A stretch of 63,327 bases of DNA, counting the filler, from Catajapyx aquilonaris (lineage: Eukaryota): the NCBI GenBank assembly GCA_000934665.2. It is 4 parts of 4 records of this genome, joined end to end, with 100 filler letters (N's around TTAATTAATTAA, not from the genome) between each part and the next. Parts side by side here need not be neighbours in the genome. Positions count along the whole stretch, not along the records: positions 1 to 15,723 come from JYFJ02007411.1; positions 15,824 to 31,659 come from JYFJ02007412.1; 2 more parts are not named here. One strand, 5' to 3'. The notes beneath the pieces are model-generated. The model worked only from the letters and a program-made list of their open reading frames with translations, searched no databases and was not told where the DNA came from. Position numbers and translations under genes: made by a program. How positions within the stretch are numbered: the stretch's first letter is position 1; each line of letters begins with the position of its first letter. Shown piece by piece: positions 11,759 through 24,952 of this stretch.

Positions 11759-14198
11759 TTATAGAAACAAAATTCTGACATCTTTTATGCAACTGTCCCT
11801 CATTCATAATTCAGATTTAGCTTGTTGAGACCTTAATACGACGGACAACGGACAAAGCACCATGACATCTTTATTTATTGATTTTGGAACTCACCGCCAA
11901 ACTGGCTGCAGGCTCTTGGAACTTCAGCTCCACCTCTTCCACTTGTGACACTAGCTCAGCCATGGAATCATGAAGGGAAAATACACATCCACCAAGAGTC
12001 ATTACTGCAACTGGAATTGATGGTATTGATGGTAGCACATGCAGGACATCATTCATCAGGTCCAGTCTCCCATCATTTATGAACACAATTCCATGTGCAC
12101 CCTGTACATCATGCTTGATTGGGCTCTTGGTACAGCTCCGAATGCATACCGACAACTTTCCATTGTGGTAAACTGACATCTCTCGGTCCTCTCCGGAATG
12201 CAACTTTGCCTGTTTGACACGAGATAAATTTAAGATAGAATAGGAAAAAATTATTGAGAGGAAGGAAAAACTGATAACCCACCTGCACCCAACGATGGTA
12301 CTTGCTTCCAACCACTACCAAAACTTTCCATTCAAGCAGCTGCCTTCGATAACAGACTGGAGCAAATTCATTTGCCACTATGGCTATAATATCTAATGGT
12401 TTTTTCTCCATGGCACTGGACAGTTTGGTCATGCACAAAGCAGCTTTACCCAATAGCTGTATTCTGTCTCGCTGTGAGGCAACCTCCTCCAAGTTGGTTG
12501 CAGGAATGTCTGATCCATTGTGCAGTGGGGTGAAGAAGGTGGCAAGGTACACCGACTCCTCCCTGCCCTTCCTCTTAGCCGTCAGCCTTCGGCGCCATTG
12601 GATGAACAACTGCCGCATCTTAAACAGATGTGCTTGCCGATTCAGTCTCGAAACATTCTCTCTATGCTCCTCAATTGCCTCCTGAAGTGTTTCACTGGCC
12701 ACTTCCTTTAACTCGGATGCAAGGGTCTCAAAGAGAATGGTCCGAGCTGCAGATAAAGGCACCCTTTCTTGTTCCATGACTAAGGCAGCAACATCCGCCG
12801 TCATTTCAGCCATGACATCTTTCAGTAATGACTCGTGAATCTGCATGAAAGGAACAAGGACATGACATGAGAATAAGGCTTACCAGCTGGTGGCTAACTT
12901 ATGTGAATTGTAGCGACTGTGAGTAGTAGTAAACAGTCAATCCTGCACTTACCTCAACACACACTTTAGCAATGGTGATTTCCTTCTCCCTCTTCTTCCT
13001 TTTTTCTTCTTCGAAGGCCAACCACTTCTGCATTTCCTCAGCCTTGGCCTCCTTCATTGTATCTACGCAAACCTCCCTGCACATCTGATTGCTCACTTCT
13101 GTCATTATCTCTTGCAGTTCACCCATTACTGCCATGCCCAAATGTTTGGACACCCTGTCTGTATATTCATAGCTTATCTCCTCCACTATGACCTGACAGC
13201 AACGATCCCTACAGGCTTCCTCCTCCATCTGGTGACACTGATGCTCCAGTGGATCAGGTTGTAGAGGGACAGGCAGAGGTGGAGGATGCTCCGGGGCAAT
13301 GTCTGGTTGCGCAAGGGAAGGATGAAGGGGGGAAGGAGGTATTTGGGGTGGTGTTGACGAACATTGAGGTGAACTATCCCTGCGGGGTACTGAATATGTG
13401 AGGAAGGCATGCTCATCGAAGCTGATGTGAGATACTCTGGTAAAGTATGCGTTGGTAGGCAAGGGACTTCCATTTATCACCTGAAAAAAAAGGGGGTCCT
13501 TTCATCCAGAGACAAGATGACAAGACTTCCCATTAAGGCTAGAGCAGAAATATTTCAGGTACAAGATGTGGCATGCAACTAGATTGTGTGACGGTGAGTT
13601 TTCAAGTGAACTGCGTCTCCAGATAAGCAAGTTACCTTTTAAAAAGAGAATGCAGAATTCATGTACAGTCCACACAGCAGTTAGATAAGTACTGGTTTTC
13701 AATGAAACGAGCCACTGCTTTTTTGCAGTTAAACTGTGAGTACCAAGTGAGAATACACTGCTTATAAACCATACCTCTCTAATGAAGCAAGTCCGTTTGC
13801 TTTCAATGAGCTTGCTGCTGGCCCTAAACATAGTTGCAGCACACGCAGACTCAGGACTGGAGAAGCCTCTTTTGTCAAGTATCAGTGATTGACTGGCGGC
13901 ATCCGTCACCAGACCATGCTGGGTACAAAAGTGGGAGGCTTCCATGGGGCCTTCAAATCTCAGCAATTCAATCAGTTCAGCCATGGGGAAACAGATGATT
14001 TTTCCTGGTGGGCAATAGGCACGCAAGATAATGCGTAGGGCGTGAGTTCGCACCTGAAGTCATAAAACATGGGAATAATTTGAATTGTTGTGGTACACTC
14101 ATCACTGGGTTTTATATCCTAAAGCAAGAATGAAATGAAATTTGCATTCCTAAAACACAGTATTAAGAGCCTGACTGGGTTGAAGCCTAGCATAACTC

Positions 14199-14525
14199 AG
14201 GGAGGCGCGGTGGCTGAGATGGTAACATCTCGGGTTCGAACCCATCCTGGGAGTTCCCTTTTGCCTGCGTCAGGAGGGTCTCTGACCCGCGCCTTGGAGC
14301 CGTCTGGCAACCTATAACCTCCAGAGAGACTGCACATGACCCTTTTTCAGACATTGCACCTGCACCTGTCTCCTCCCGAAAAATCCCCATCCTTACCTCA
14401 TGTCCTTTCTTCCCTTCACGGAGTTAGAAGAAAAACACGAAAATTGAATGGAACATATGGTGGTGTACCACTCCCATAAGAGGACCTCTGGCCCTATCAC
14501 TGGGTTAAAAGAAAAATAATAAAAA
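14199..14525 (+). mobile_element. SINE family A copy in a GANP intron
   Basis: GGGAGGCGCGGTGGCTGAGATGGTAAC...GGGTTCGAACCC, body homologous to 8836-9180, A-rich tail, degenerate TSD (AAGCCTA...ATAACTCA). Confidence 0.75.
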
Positions 14526-15723
14526 GCCTACCATATATAACTCAATTCAAAACTAATAAAAATAATTTCTATATATCTGTCAGCAGATCTTTACAAATAA
14601 TCTCACAACGCAGTTCATATCAAATTTAAAAATGAAACTGTGGGCCTCTCTGATATTTACCACATACCTGAACAAAGTATCTTTGCAGAATGCAGGCCTC
14701 TAGGTAAGTTGCTTTCCGCACCAAATTGAAAAACTGAACATAATTGTGCGAGTCCAGAGCCAGCAGGCAGCTCACTGCAAACCTGACACCAGATGCACTC
14801 TGCACCTCCTCACGCAGCTGTGTAACTTTCTTCATGCTGTCCCCTTCATTCAGATTGAGCAACACATCATAAGCTCGAAATTCTGCCTCACTATGGCAAT
14901 GAATTCCTTTCTCATCCAGATCACTGTATAGCTCCTTCAGGGTTTGCAGGCACTTGGTGAGATTCTCATTGTTTATCTTCTGGTCAGATACTGACATACC
15001 CTCCTCACACAGCCATTCTGCACAGTGGATGTGGAACCGGGCACACTTTTCTACCAGCGCCACTGACTCTAGACTGCAGGGTTGCTGCTGCGTCACAGCT
15101 TTGCATATCCCCCTGGTGCGATCCCACACAAAGGAGTACCAGCCACATAGATTTTCATCCAATTCTTCACTGCGGTCCATCACTGAGTTGACCAAGTAGT
15201 CCATGGTCATGGTAAGAAACTGAGTACCTGTAGTGGGAAGTTCATGTGGGAGTGGGCGAGTGGCTCTTCCTGATCAGCAGAGCTTCGACAATTCTGCATG
15301 ATGGCAGCTCGATGGTCAATGATATATTTATTTGTGTCTCCTGTTTCATATGATCGCACCTCGCAGTGTTCTTGCTGCATGGAAAGCTCCTTCTCTGGGC
15401 ACATGTCTGGACATGTACACACATTCTGCTTGTCCAAGGACAGGTTGGAATGCTTGGACTGGAGGCCTGTGGAAACAAATATATGACATTAAACCCTGGA
15501 TCTTCTGAGAGTAAATTACTGGCAAAAAGCAATATGTCCAGAAGCGTCAGGGCTGTTATTAAATGTAGCCCATTTGTATCATTTTTTATATGCCAAAAAA
15601 ACCTAAAATTCCCAGAACATGCTTAACCTCCTGAGACCCGGCGTCCAGTATACTGGACATCTGGAAAAGTTTTTTTGTCGCCAACTAGTGATGCCAACAG
15701 AACTGTAATCTGTTGGTATCCCA

Positions 15724-15823
15724 NNNNNNNNNNNNNNNNNNNNNNNNNNNNNNNNNNNNNNNNNNNNTTAATTAATTAANNNNNNNNNNNNNNNNNNNNN
15801 NNNNNNNNNNNNNNNNNNNNNNN
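15724..15823. other. Artificial assembly linker (44N-TTAATTAATTAA-44N)
   Basis: Exactly 100 nt; the 12-mer gives stops in all six frames; identical at 31660 and 47495. Confidence 0.95.
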
Positions 15824-18562
15824 ATATATGCTCTATGAATTATTATGCAAATTATTATCAACTGAGAGGCCTGCCGTGTGATGATGACTGATGGCTGCAC
15901 TGCCGTCAGATGTAAGAAGATCGTAACTCAAAAACTAGTAATTGGGCGAAAGTGCTGTCCAACTGATGGTCTTAATCGTCAATGTCCAATGGTTTCCTTA
16001 TCCGTCGTTGTCAGTAGTTAATGATCAATTGCGTCCTCTGCGTGAGTCTATAGGATCTGCCCTATACGTCTTGTTCTCTGCACGTTGGGTGGGTTGAATT
16101 TTATTTTCAGTCACAGCGTGGCTGCTGCTACAATGATGCTTCTATATTCCATTGTGCCAAGAGCTGTGTATACTCTTGCCGGCGCGGCGTCATTGTCAGG
16201 ATTCGTGAAAATAGTGGTCATCGGCATTGGCTGCAGACGTCCTGCTGAGTTGTTCATGAATCGAAGAAAGGAGCGCCTTATTATGCTTGTGTTACAGCCT
16301 CTATACTCTGCCCAGCGCGACGATGACCAATATTATTATAGCTCTTGATATTATTAATGCGAGACATGGAATTCCACTCTTTTACGAGGAGGCAATAATT
16401 GCACTATTGCAATATGGTATTCAGTTGTTGTCCTCCTTGTTACAACAAACATGTGCAAATTTAATCCTTTGCGATTTGTGAGCGTTGTCACCTATTCAGC
16501 TGCAGTCGCAATGCAAAATAATTATTGTCCCCTGAAGAAATCTGAGAGGAACCGGCATGTTTGGTTGGCGCGCGGTGGAGGTCAAGATGTCATCGTCGTC
16601 ACCTCGTCATCTCGGGGTCATGCGCCACTGACTCCTCCGTCTCGAGGGGAATATTATATTCGCTGCAGGTGGCTCAATGAAGTCTGAAGTAGACCTACAC
16701 ACTGGCACTGTATAGAAGCGGAGAATGTCTGTCGGATTGCCCAGATTTTTGCCTCAGTAGAGCACAGGCTGCACCACTATAGGTACTCTTTATAAAGCGG
16801 CAGCTACCGCATTAAGAGCTGTACAATTTATAATCTCACTACACGACCGTTCGTGTCTTTATAAATCCTTGATATTGGTCCTTTGAGCTAGTATCACTAA
16901 GGGATTTTCCAAGTATTAAATGACATCTAGGCATAACTGACACTACACCTGGACTTGGTGGTCCTGACACTCATTCAATAGAGTCTGACTTACAGGCCTT
17001 ACTACAAGGCAAATAAAGCTTGGTGGCAATGGAGAAAGATAGAGCCGAAAGTGCAATGTTATACTGTACGACAACCACCATCTTCTTTATCCTTCAGTGA
17101 TGGTAGAATATACTCAGCCTCAAACATGTAAAACTATACACGCTATGGCGTAATAACTATTTGAAGACTCTATACTGTCACAGCTGGTCAGCTGAGGAAG
17201 CAGTTTCCTCTCTTGGGCCCTCTCCTCAATCGTGATCTGGTTATCTTCATGTGACGGTAAAAGAGGTGTGAAAGACACATTTATACTATTGGTATATAGA
17301 TGACTGTGTGTATACAGTATATTATGTCAGGATTGGGTTCTGCATGCTAAATCACTGGGGTGCTGAGGTTCGTATGGCGTGGACGTGCTGTCGCAATTTG
17401 GCCAAGTCTGTAAAGAAGTGTCCGGTTCAGTTGCCAAGCAGCACATGAAAGGACATCAAGCAAGGCTGCTGCATCTTCTCTATTGTTCGTTACCCTACGT
17501 TATTTCACATTGTTGCCCTTTCGTGTATTCCGAGCCGTCTCATTGCCGGTGCATTGCGTTTGCTGTCGAGGAAACTTGTATATGGAGTGCAAGCATTTTT
17601 CATACGCAGCTGGGACCACTATAATTATATTACTACACTATATTATAGTGTAGTCTATAGTGATCGGGCTCAGATCGGCACGGCTTTTTGCATGTGACTT
17701 TTTGGCCCGAGCTATTTCAGATTTGGTGATTTGCAATGTCGCTTACCATGTCTAAGGTTTCGAGTTTACACGTACCAAGACAGTATGTGGTTGAAAACAT
17801 GTCAGTCTCAGGCTGTCGTTCGTGACTGCCGCTTGATGATAATATCCCGAGAGTCTGGGGGGAAAGTAGCATGAGAACGAACATAAGTGGTAGTAATGAG
17901 TCCATGACAGTTTTTAGTTTAATTGACCAATATTGCATAATCCATGAAGAAAGGACGTGAAGGATCAAAATGTACCACACGGTCCAGGAGAGTTGCTGCA
18001 GGGGGCTGAGGGTGAATGTTGGAATGCTGCATTTTGGTGCAGTACATACGTTCAGGGGACATTCGTTTTCTGAGCAAGTGTTTTTCCCCCCTCCTCGCCT
18101 TCGTCATGTCCTCTCGTCCTTTGTGAGCAGGTCAACATTGATTCGTTTTCCCGATTGATGCCTGTAGTGCTACGAAGACTTTAAAAAATTACACTGGCTG
18201 ACCGTCATCCTGAGGCCTAAGAGCGTCTTCCAGCATTTCCATATTTTTTTACCAACAACAATAATAATTTATTGACGAGTGTATAGTCAGAACACCACAC
18301 TCAATTTACGGAGATGCTCGACTGAAATCATCCCTATGCTCCTATACTATAGAGACTGGTCGCATCAAAATAACACGTAAAAAAACTTACTGCAAATTTT
18401 GATAATTCCGTCATTATGTTAATAATGTCAAATTCATCGTGCGTGTTTCACTTATGCCCAACAATATTAATGGCAAAGATGAACCCAAGGGCGAGTTTGT
18501 CTGCAAGTGTGTAACTCTGCATAAAAGTGGCAATCCCCCTCCCCTCCCATGAAGGTTTGTTG

Positions 18563-18569
18563 CAACAGC

Positions 18570-18610
<41 letters not shown>
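18563..18610. repeat. (CAA)n microsatellite
   Basis: About 16 CAA units read directly. Confidence 0.95.
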
Positions 18611-19699
18611 GTAAAGTGCCAGGAGGCGGGCAGTGTCTTTGTATGATCAGGAATTCCCTGACACAAATATAAGAGAGGTCCTACCTTATTATACTCTTGC
18701 ACAGTGTGTAAGTATGGTCGCAGTCTATCATTTTGTTGTCAAGAATATATCCTCATCAGTCCATTTGTTGTGGGACTGCAGCCTTTGCATTGTTTTGCTG
18801 AGGGCAGACCATTTTTCATTACGGCATGTTCACATCAAAATCAACTAGGCGAAAAAGAGGGAACTGCCCTCTATATAATATACGGCCGAGTGTTTCCATC
18901 GGTTCCATGGTAGGATTTCAGAAATGGTCTCTGGCTTGAGGTAGTCACTCGGGGGAATCCATGCTGGCACATTGTATCGTTTGGTCGGTTTGTCTGCTGG
19001 TTAATTGTGGCAGAATAAGCCTCTCCTCTTTCATGCTACGTCTTCCTATGCTACATATACTCGTATATCTTCCTTGTGGACGTCTTTCCACACCACGCTC
19101 ACCTCATTGGACGTGACTGTTGCATAAACTTATTATGCTTGCCATTGTCGTGAATTTACACATTCCCACTACAATAGTACAAATTGATTAACCAGTCTGC
19201 GATGAAATCCATTAATAAGAAATACCGGTATCCCGAAGTTGTGCTTGCGGCGTATGATCAGTTATTGTGCAGTTTAAAGTATATGTATAGTCATGCACTC
19301 AACATGACATGGAACTTATGGAAATTCCCCGCTGATTCTAGGGAATTATAATGATAAGTGAAGCTTTTCAATCAACATATCAAGTTATTGGTGCAAGCTG
19401 CCTGTATAGCTTGTGTCGCCGAGGTAATATAAAGCTTTGGTCACATCTGACCTAAGGTAGCAGGGTTGCATGACCATTTTGCCTTGTGACACAACATCGC
19501 CGAGGCAGGTCATACCACAGTGATACTGTGATAGTCGTGCGGACAATGAATGGTGATCCAGATCATGCGGACATGGACGTGGTCTGCGATTGGAAACTTT
19601 TCGTCATTTGCTGAACTCGTTATCTATTTGCTTGCTGAGAAAAGATGTGCGGTGACTGACTTTTAAATTCTCCTCGCCTTTCCACTTCACTTGCAGTTG

Positions 19700-20449
19700 G
19701 AATTACAAGCCTTCATCGCAATCCAGCGACAATGGAATAATAATTCAGACTCGTGCCTAGACTTTCGCACGGTATTTTTAGCGACGTCTTATCGCTTTCA
19801 TTCATTTCGGGAGTATGATTTACGCATGTTGCTGCCACCATCATGAACACACGTCCAGAAGGCATTGTGTGTCATCAATATTTGTGTGAGGTCTGCCACT
19901 CGTGGACAACAGACTGAAGCTCGTCGTTGGAGGTGAACTTGTGACCATGCACTGCCTCTTTCATTGCGTAGATAAGAGCTTAGTCTCTATAGTCTCAAGA
20001 TCCGGCAAGATCTTGAGAATGAGACAACATGGTGTACCCTATATAGAGAGGTCATGACACGACAATGCGGAGCCACATGTCAGTCGCTCCACTACTGATA
20101 ATTCATGAAGGCTCTATAGGGTACACCGTGCTGCCTCATCTTCCATATTCACTGGATCTTGAGACTATAGGGACTATGCTCTGTCTGATGTAATGAAAGA
20201 GTGAGCTGTCACAAGTTCACCTCCAACGACGAGCTTCAGTCGGTTGTCCACGAGTGGTGCGGGGCACCCGGCCCAAACCCGGCCCCAAAGAATGGTTTTC
20301 TGCAGCAATACGGAAACTGCCGGAACTGTGGCAACAGTGCGTAGACATTGGCAAAGAATACCAAATGTACCGTGAATTCATTTTGTATCATGAAATGGTT
20401 AGTTTGCAGCGGGGGAAAATGATCCGGGATTATTTTTGAACGACCCAAG
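19700..20449 (+). mobile_element. Decayed mariner element (3' part) with an internal inverted duplication
   Basis: GYTVLPHLPYSLDL (YSPDL motif, about 20119-20160), ...WFSAAIRKLPELWQQCVDIGKEY, right TIR ...TTTTTGAACGACCCAAG|TA. The left boundary is uncertain. Confidence 0.7.
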
Positions 20450-20453
20450 TATA

Positions 20454-20642
20454 CAGGGTGTCTCAACTTTTTTGTCCGAACAGTTATCGGAAAAGCCTAT
20501 GTATCTGCCCCAACATTCCTGGCACATCCCTCAACTGATAAAGCCAGGGAAGCATCACTGGTTGCAAGTCATTGCTAAAAAAATAAGCAGCTTAGTGCAA
20601 TATTTCCGATAATTGTCCGGACAAAAAAGTTGAGACACCCTG
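20454..20642. mobile_element. Tc1/mariner-type MITE
   Basis: TA|CAGGGTGTCTCAACTTTTTTGTCCG ... CGGACAAAAAAGTTGAGACACCCTG|TA. Confidence 0.85.
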
Positions 20643-21607
20643 TATATTATTATGAGGAGCATGGTGTCATTACCTATACGGTAGCTGCCTTCGTGCGTCC
20701 TCCGTACATGCCACGCAACCACTCGAGTTAGCCCAGTGTCAGTGTAACACAGAATATATTATTGGGATAAAGTCGAGAATAATGTTAGGCGTAGAATCGT
20801 TATTGTCAGATTCACAGCGACCTAAGAAGCCTCCAACGACTGGCTCGAAGGCCTTTTCCGCCACTCTAAGTAACACTTCTGGCTCAGAGGTACTCCGTAA
20901 ATGTAGTCCGTATGACGCCAATAACTTTGATTATGTTAGAATCTGCCAATGTAAATATCACATTTATATACAGAAAAATACATACACCTACAGCCTCCTT
21001 GCTAGACGCAAGATGAGCTCCGATAAAGGGATAATGGTATAGGTCTACCCCCTGTAGCTGAAGTGCTACAACATAATATATAGTAATATATTAACAGCAA
21101 CTGATAGCCCCACCTTACGACTCATGAAGTCTTAAAGAGAGAGTATTTTGGTGTCAGAGTATAGTGTCTGGGAAGAATTTTTGGAAGTATCGCCTCACAA
21201 TACCTGGAGGGACTCTGCGCCGACTGGAATCATTGCGACCTACAATTCAAGTCCTGTGTGACATGTTGTCGCATAAAGAGCTCGTTATTCGTCATATACT
21301 CTCGCTCTCGTCTCAGTGCTGGTGTTCGTCTTCGTGTGCCGGATATGCTGTACATGAAGGAGGTGAACCCATGCAGGACTTTCTTTCCCTGTCCCCAGAT
21401 CGAACAAGACTTAGTTAGATGGTAATCCAGCAGCAGAGTGTTGAAAGGCATACAGTATGTTGATTTTACGATGTGGAGTTGTATGGTGCATGAAATGTCT
21501 CTTAACCCTTAACCACCAATGTGAATCTGCCATACATTGGCTACGACGCGACTTGGGGTCTGTAAAGACCTTACGCGGTTTTCAAATTTTTGTTTCAATT
21601 TGACTTA

Positions 21608-21755
21608 GGGCCAGTTGCACCGGCCTCAGTATAACTTAGAACCTCGGGTATAACAAGAATTCCCATAGCAATCATTGTTGGTCAAAAATGATTGCTATGG
21701 CAATTCTTGTTATACCCGAGGTTCTAAGTTATACTGAGGCCGGTGCAACTGGCCC
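21608..21755. mobile_element. Near-perfect hairpin PIF/Harbinger MITE (148 bp)
   Basis: TTA|GGGCCAGTTGCACCGGCCTCAGTATAACTTAGAACCTCGGG ... CCCGAGGTTCTAAGTTATACTGAGGCCGGTGCAACTGGCCC|TTA. Confidence 0.9.
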
Positions 21756-22624
21756 TTAAAAGCACTAAAGCCATTCTTCCTGTATTCTCATCTGTATGTG
21801 TAAAAAAATCGATCTCCTGTGACCATTAGTTATTAAGTCATAATGGACTTGACACTCCGTACGTAATGGCTTATTACGTAAACCCCCTTGATCGATCCCC
21901 TTCGGACACTATTGGTCGATATGTCATCTTATCATTTGGGATATAGGTTAGTTTTCGACACATGTGCAAGTGAGAGGCTCATGGAACTCGTAATTCCAGT
22001 TTTTGAAAGGCTTAGAGCAATAAGTGCATCAGTGCCTCGTAAAAACATTGCAAGATAAACCCTTTTCGTATAGGTGACTTGAAGTGTTACAATGGTATTG
22101 TTGTAAACAAAATTATTCTCGTAGAATAAAATAATGGAATGGTGTTCTCTGCATTGTGTCCAGTGATCAACGTGGTGCACTGTCCAAGAATGGGTAGGGG
22201 GAGAGGTTCGCAATGGCTTACCCCTAAAAATCTCTTTAGTGAACAGCAACCAGTTGGAACCAACAATCGAGGCAACATTCTCCAGCAACTTCAGAGATGG
22301 AGAACCTATAACCAACTCCCAACCTTAGAATCAAAGCGTTGCAGTCCTACCTGACCTCGTAGGGTCCATCGAGTGAGTAGAGTAGGCTGTCCTGCGGAGC
22401 AATCCTTCGTCTGTTCCTCGGCCATCGGATCCAAGGATGGGGGCGGCGGATGGGCAGCCATACATTGGAGACACATGACTTCGACGATCAACAATGGCGA
22501 GGATGAATCACCTGTTGATGTAATGTTAGAGAAAATAGTAAAAAATGGAAAGAGTTCCAGACAAAAAATTGGGAGAAATCCCCCCCCCCCTAGGAAAGCC
22601 CGTAGGCTGATAATGGAGTATCAA

Positions 22625-22707
<83 letters not shown>

Positions 22708-23837
22708 GTAATGTTTACACGTTGGAGACACATTACTACGATCAACAATTGTCCAGGATGGCTCAATTGCTGATGTACCGGTATTGGAAATATGAACATA
22801 CCCGGCTGTCCTTCTTGAAATCTCGTCGAACACATTCTAGGCCTTGTTTACATTGGAGACCCTCTTGACGATCACAACAATGGTCGAGAATGGCGGAACT
22901 GCTGATGTATTGGAAGTATAAACGTATCCGTCCCTCCTACTTGAAATCTCGTCGAACACTGACCTTCTTGGGTCCAGTTTGCATTGAAGACCAAGTTGAA
23001 GACACTCTTGACGATCACAACCATGATCGAAGATGGCACAACTGCTGATATATTGGAGGCATGAATGTGCACGTCCGTCCTCCGTGAAATATCATACAAC
23101 ACTGAATTTATCAGGTTCAGTTTACATTGGATACCATCTTGAGTCTTGACTACCACAACAATGGTGCAGGTTGGCACAACTGCTAATGTATTGGAAATAT
23201 GCACCGAAGCAGTTTGGAGGAGGTGATTTGGTGTCCGACTGCTAATCGGGAGGTCCTGGTATCAAATCCCGGGGCCGGCAACACTGACCGTGGTTTCTGT
23301 GGTTTCCCACGGTCCTGCCAGGAAAATTCCGGAGTTCCTTCCGTAACTAATAGGCCACACCCGCTTCCTTCCGCCCCTATCCTATCCCAAAGAGCACAGT
23401 AAAATGAAAGCAGAGAGTTCCAGGCAAAACAAACAAACTTCCCCCCTAAAGAGCCGATGGCTGATAACGGGGTATGAATTATTACCATTATTGTTATTAT
23501 TATTGGAAGTATGCACGTACCCGTTCGCCCTACTTGAAACCTCGTCGAATCTTGGGTCCAATGTGCATTGAAGACCAAGTTGAAGACACTCTTGACGATC
23601 ACAACCATGATCGAAGATGGCGCAACTGCTGACGTATTGGAGGCATGAATGTGCACGTCCGTCCTCCTTGAAATATCATACAACACTGAATTTATCAGGT
23701 TCAGTTTACATTGGATACCATCTTGAGTCTTGACTACCCTGTGACTACCACAACAATGGTACAGGTTGGCACAACTGCTCATGTATTGGAATTTCCGATA
23801 CATCAGCAGTTGTGCAGTTGTTTCCAATTTGGAAATA

Positions 23838-24500
23838 GTAAGTAAGTAAGTAATGATGTTTATTAAACCCTGTGTACACCTCCGGTGTTTATAGGCTGAC
23901 TTCTCATTTATATTGTACATCTTCCTTGCGCATACACTCATAATTTGATATCACAGAATTTTAAATAATTTATCACTGATACAAAAAATTTATACAACAT
24001 TTGGATTGCGTATATTGGCATTTGGCTGAACAGCGTATGGCACTTACGAGATGCCGTATGCCGGGGAAGCGAGGGCAAATTAACAAGAGTATTTTTCCTT
24101 ATTGCTTTAACTAACGGGCATTCGTAAATTAGATGGTAACATGACCAGTCTTCATCGTGATTGCACAAAGTACATTTGTTTCCCGTCGGGAAAGTTAGCT
24201 TGTATTCATTTATATAACAAGACACAGACATATTCCTAAGGTTACTCAGCATTCGAACCTGAGGGAGAGGCAGTGAATACAAAAAATATTGCGCTATACC
24301 GTTTTCCGGGACTAGATCAACATAATAGTTGTACCTCATCGAGGCTTCCATATCAGTCAAGTCCTGTTGCTGCGACGCTACTATAAAGTTTTTGACTAGT
24401 CTTTGGGCATTCGAATAATCTCCCATTTTCAACCATTCCACCCATGAGTATCCACTTTGCCAGAATAACTCCTTCACTTTCCTCGCCCATGGTGGTTCGA
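23838..24500 (-). mobile_element. 5'-truncated non-LTR retrotransposon (RTEX-like) 3' end with an open ORF2 C-terminus
   Basis: ORF 23938-24522 with CTLCNHDEDWSCYHLIYEC knuckle; AATAAA then (TTAC)n tail; 16-bp TSD TTCCAATTTGGAAATA (23822-23837 / 24501-24516). Confidence 0.85.
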
Positions 24501-24670
24501 TTCCAATTTGGAAATATATCACCGAAGCAGTTTGGAGGAGGGGATATTATCGTATCCGACTGCTAATCGGGAGGTCCTGGTATCAAATCCCTGGGCCGGC
24601 AACACTGACCGTGGTTTTCTGTGGTTTCCCACGGTCCTGCCAGGAAAATTCCGGAGTTGCTTCCGTATTA

Positions 24671-24952
24671 ATAATTCATACCCCGTTATCAGCCTTTTTC
24701 GGCTCTTTAGGGGGGAAGTTTTTCTTTTGCCTGGAACTCTTTGCTTTCATTTTACTGCACTTTTTGGGATGGGATAGGGACAGAAGGAAGCGGCTGTGGC
24801 CTGTTAATTACGGAAACAACTCCGAAATTTTCCTGGAAGGACCGTGGAAAACCACAGAAAACCACGGTCAGAGTTGCCGGCCCCGGGATTCGAACCCAGG
24901 ACCTCCCGATTAGCAGTCGGACGCCTTATCCACTATGCCAACCTGCTTCGGT
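24671..24952 (-). mobile_element. tRNA-derived SINE family C, intact copy inserted antisense into another SINE C
   Basis: Reverse complement has A box TGGCATAGTGG, an anticodon-like loop CTGCTAA and B box GGTTCGAATCC; 15-bp TSD GTTGCTTCCGTATTA (24656-24670 / 24953-24967). Confidence 0.85.

Larger units (their letters stand above)
10500..15466 (-). pseudogene. MCM3AP: GANP/MCM3AP (xmas-2, SAC3/GANP family) intron-containing pseudogene; exons 15466-14668, 14053-13775, 13480-12953, 12840-12283, 12209-11895, 11612-11451, 11372-10500; 5' exons absent (contig ends at 15723)
   Basis: SAC3/GANP motifs TCPDMCPEKE, RSSADQEEPL, TMDYL, VWDRTRGI, EKCARFHIHC, INNENLTKCLQTLKELY, EAEFRAYDVLL; C-terminal ELSWPAPE...WNSPDFL. 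All introns are GT-AG in phase 0. There is a frameshift at about 15210-15260 and an in-frame TGA at 10689-10691, after which the frame continues to 10500. Confidence 0.9.

Noticed and set aside
15768..15779. TTAATTAATTAA as a biological motif
   Set aside because: It is centred in N runs three times; an assembly linker.
15824..19700. A gene in the 16-19.7 kb stretch
   Set aside because: Short ORFs lack recognisable motifs and I could not build a consistent exon chain; probably old repeats, though a diverged gene cannot be excluded.
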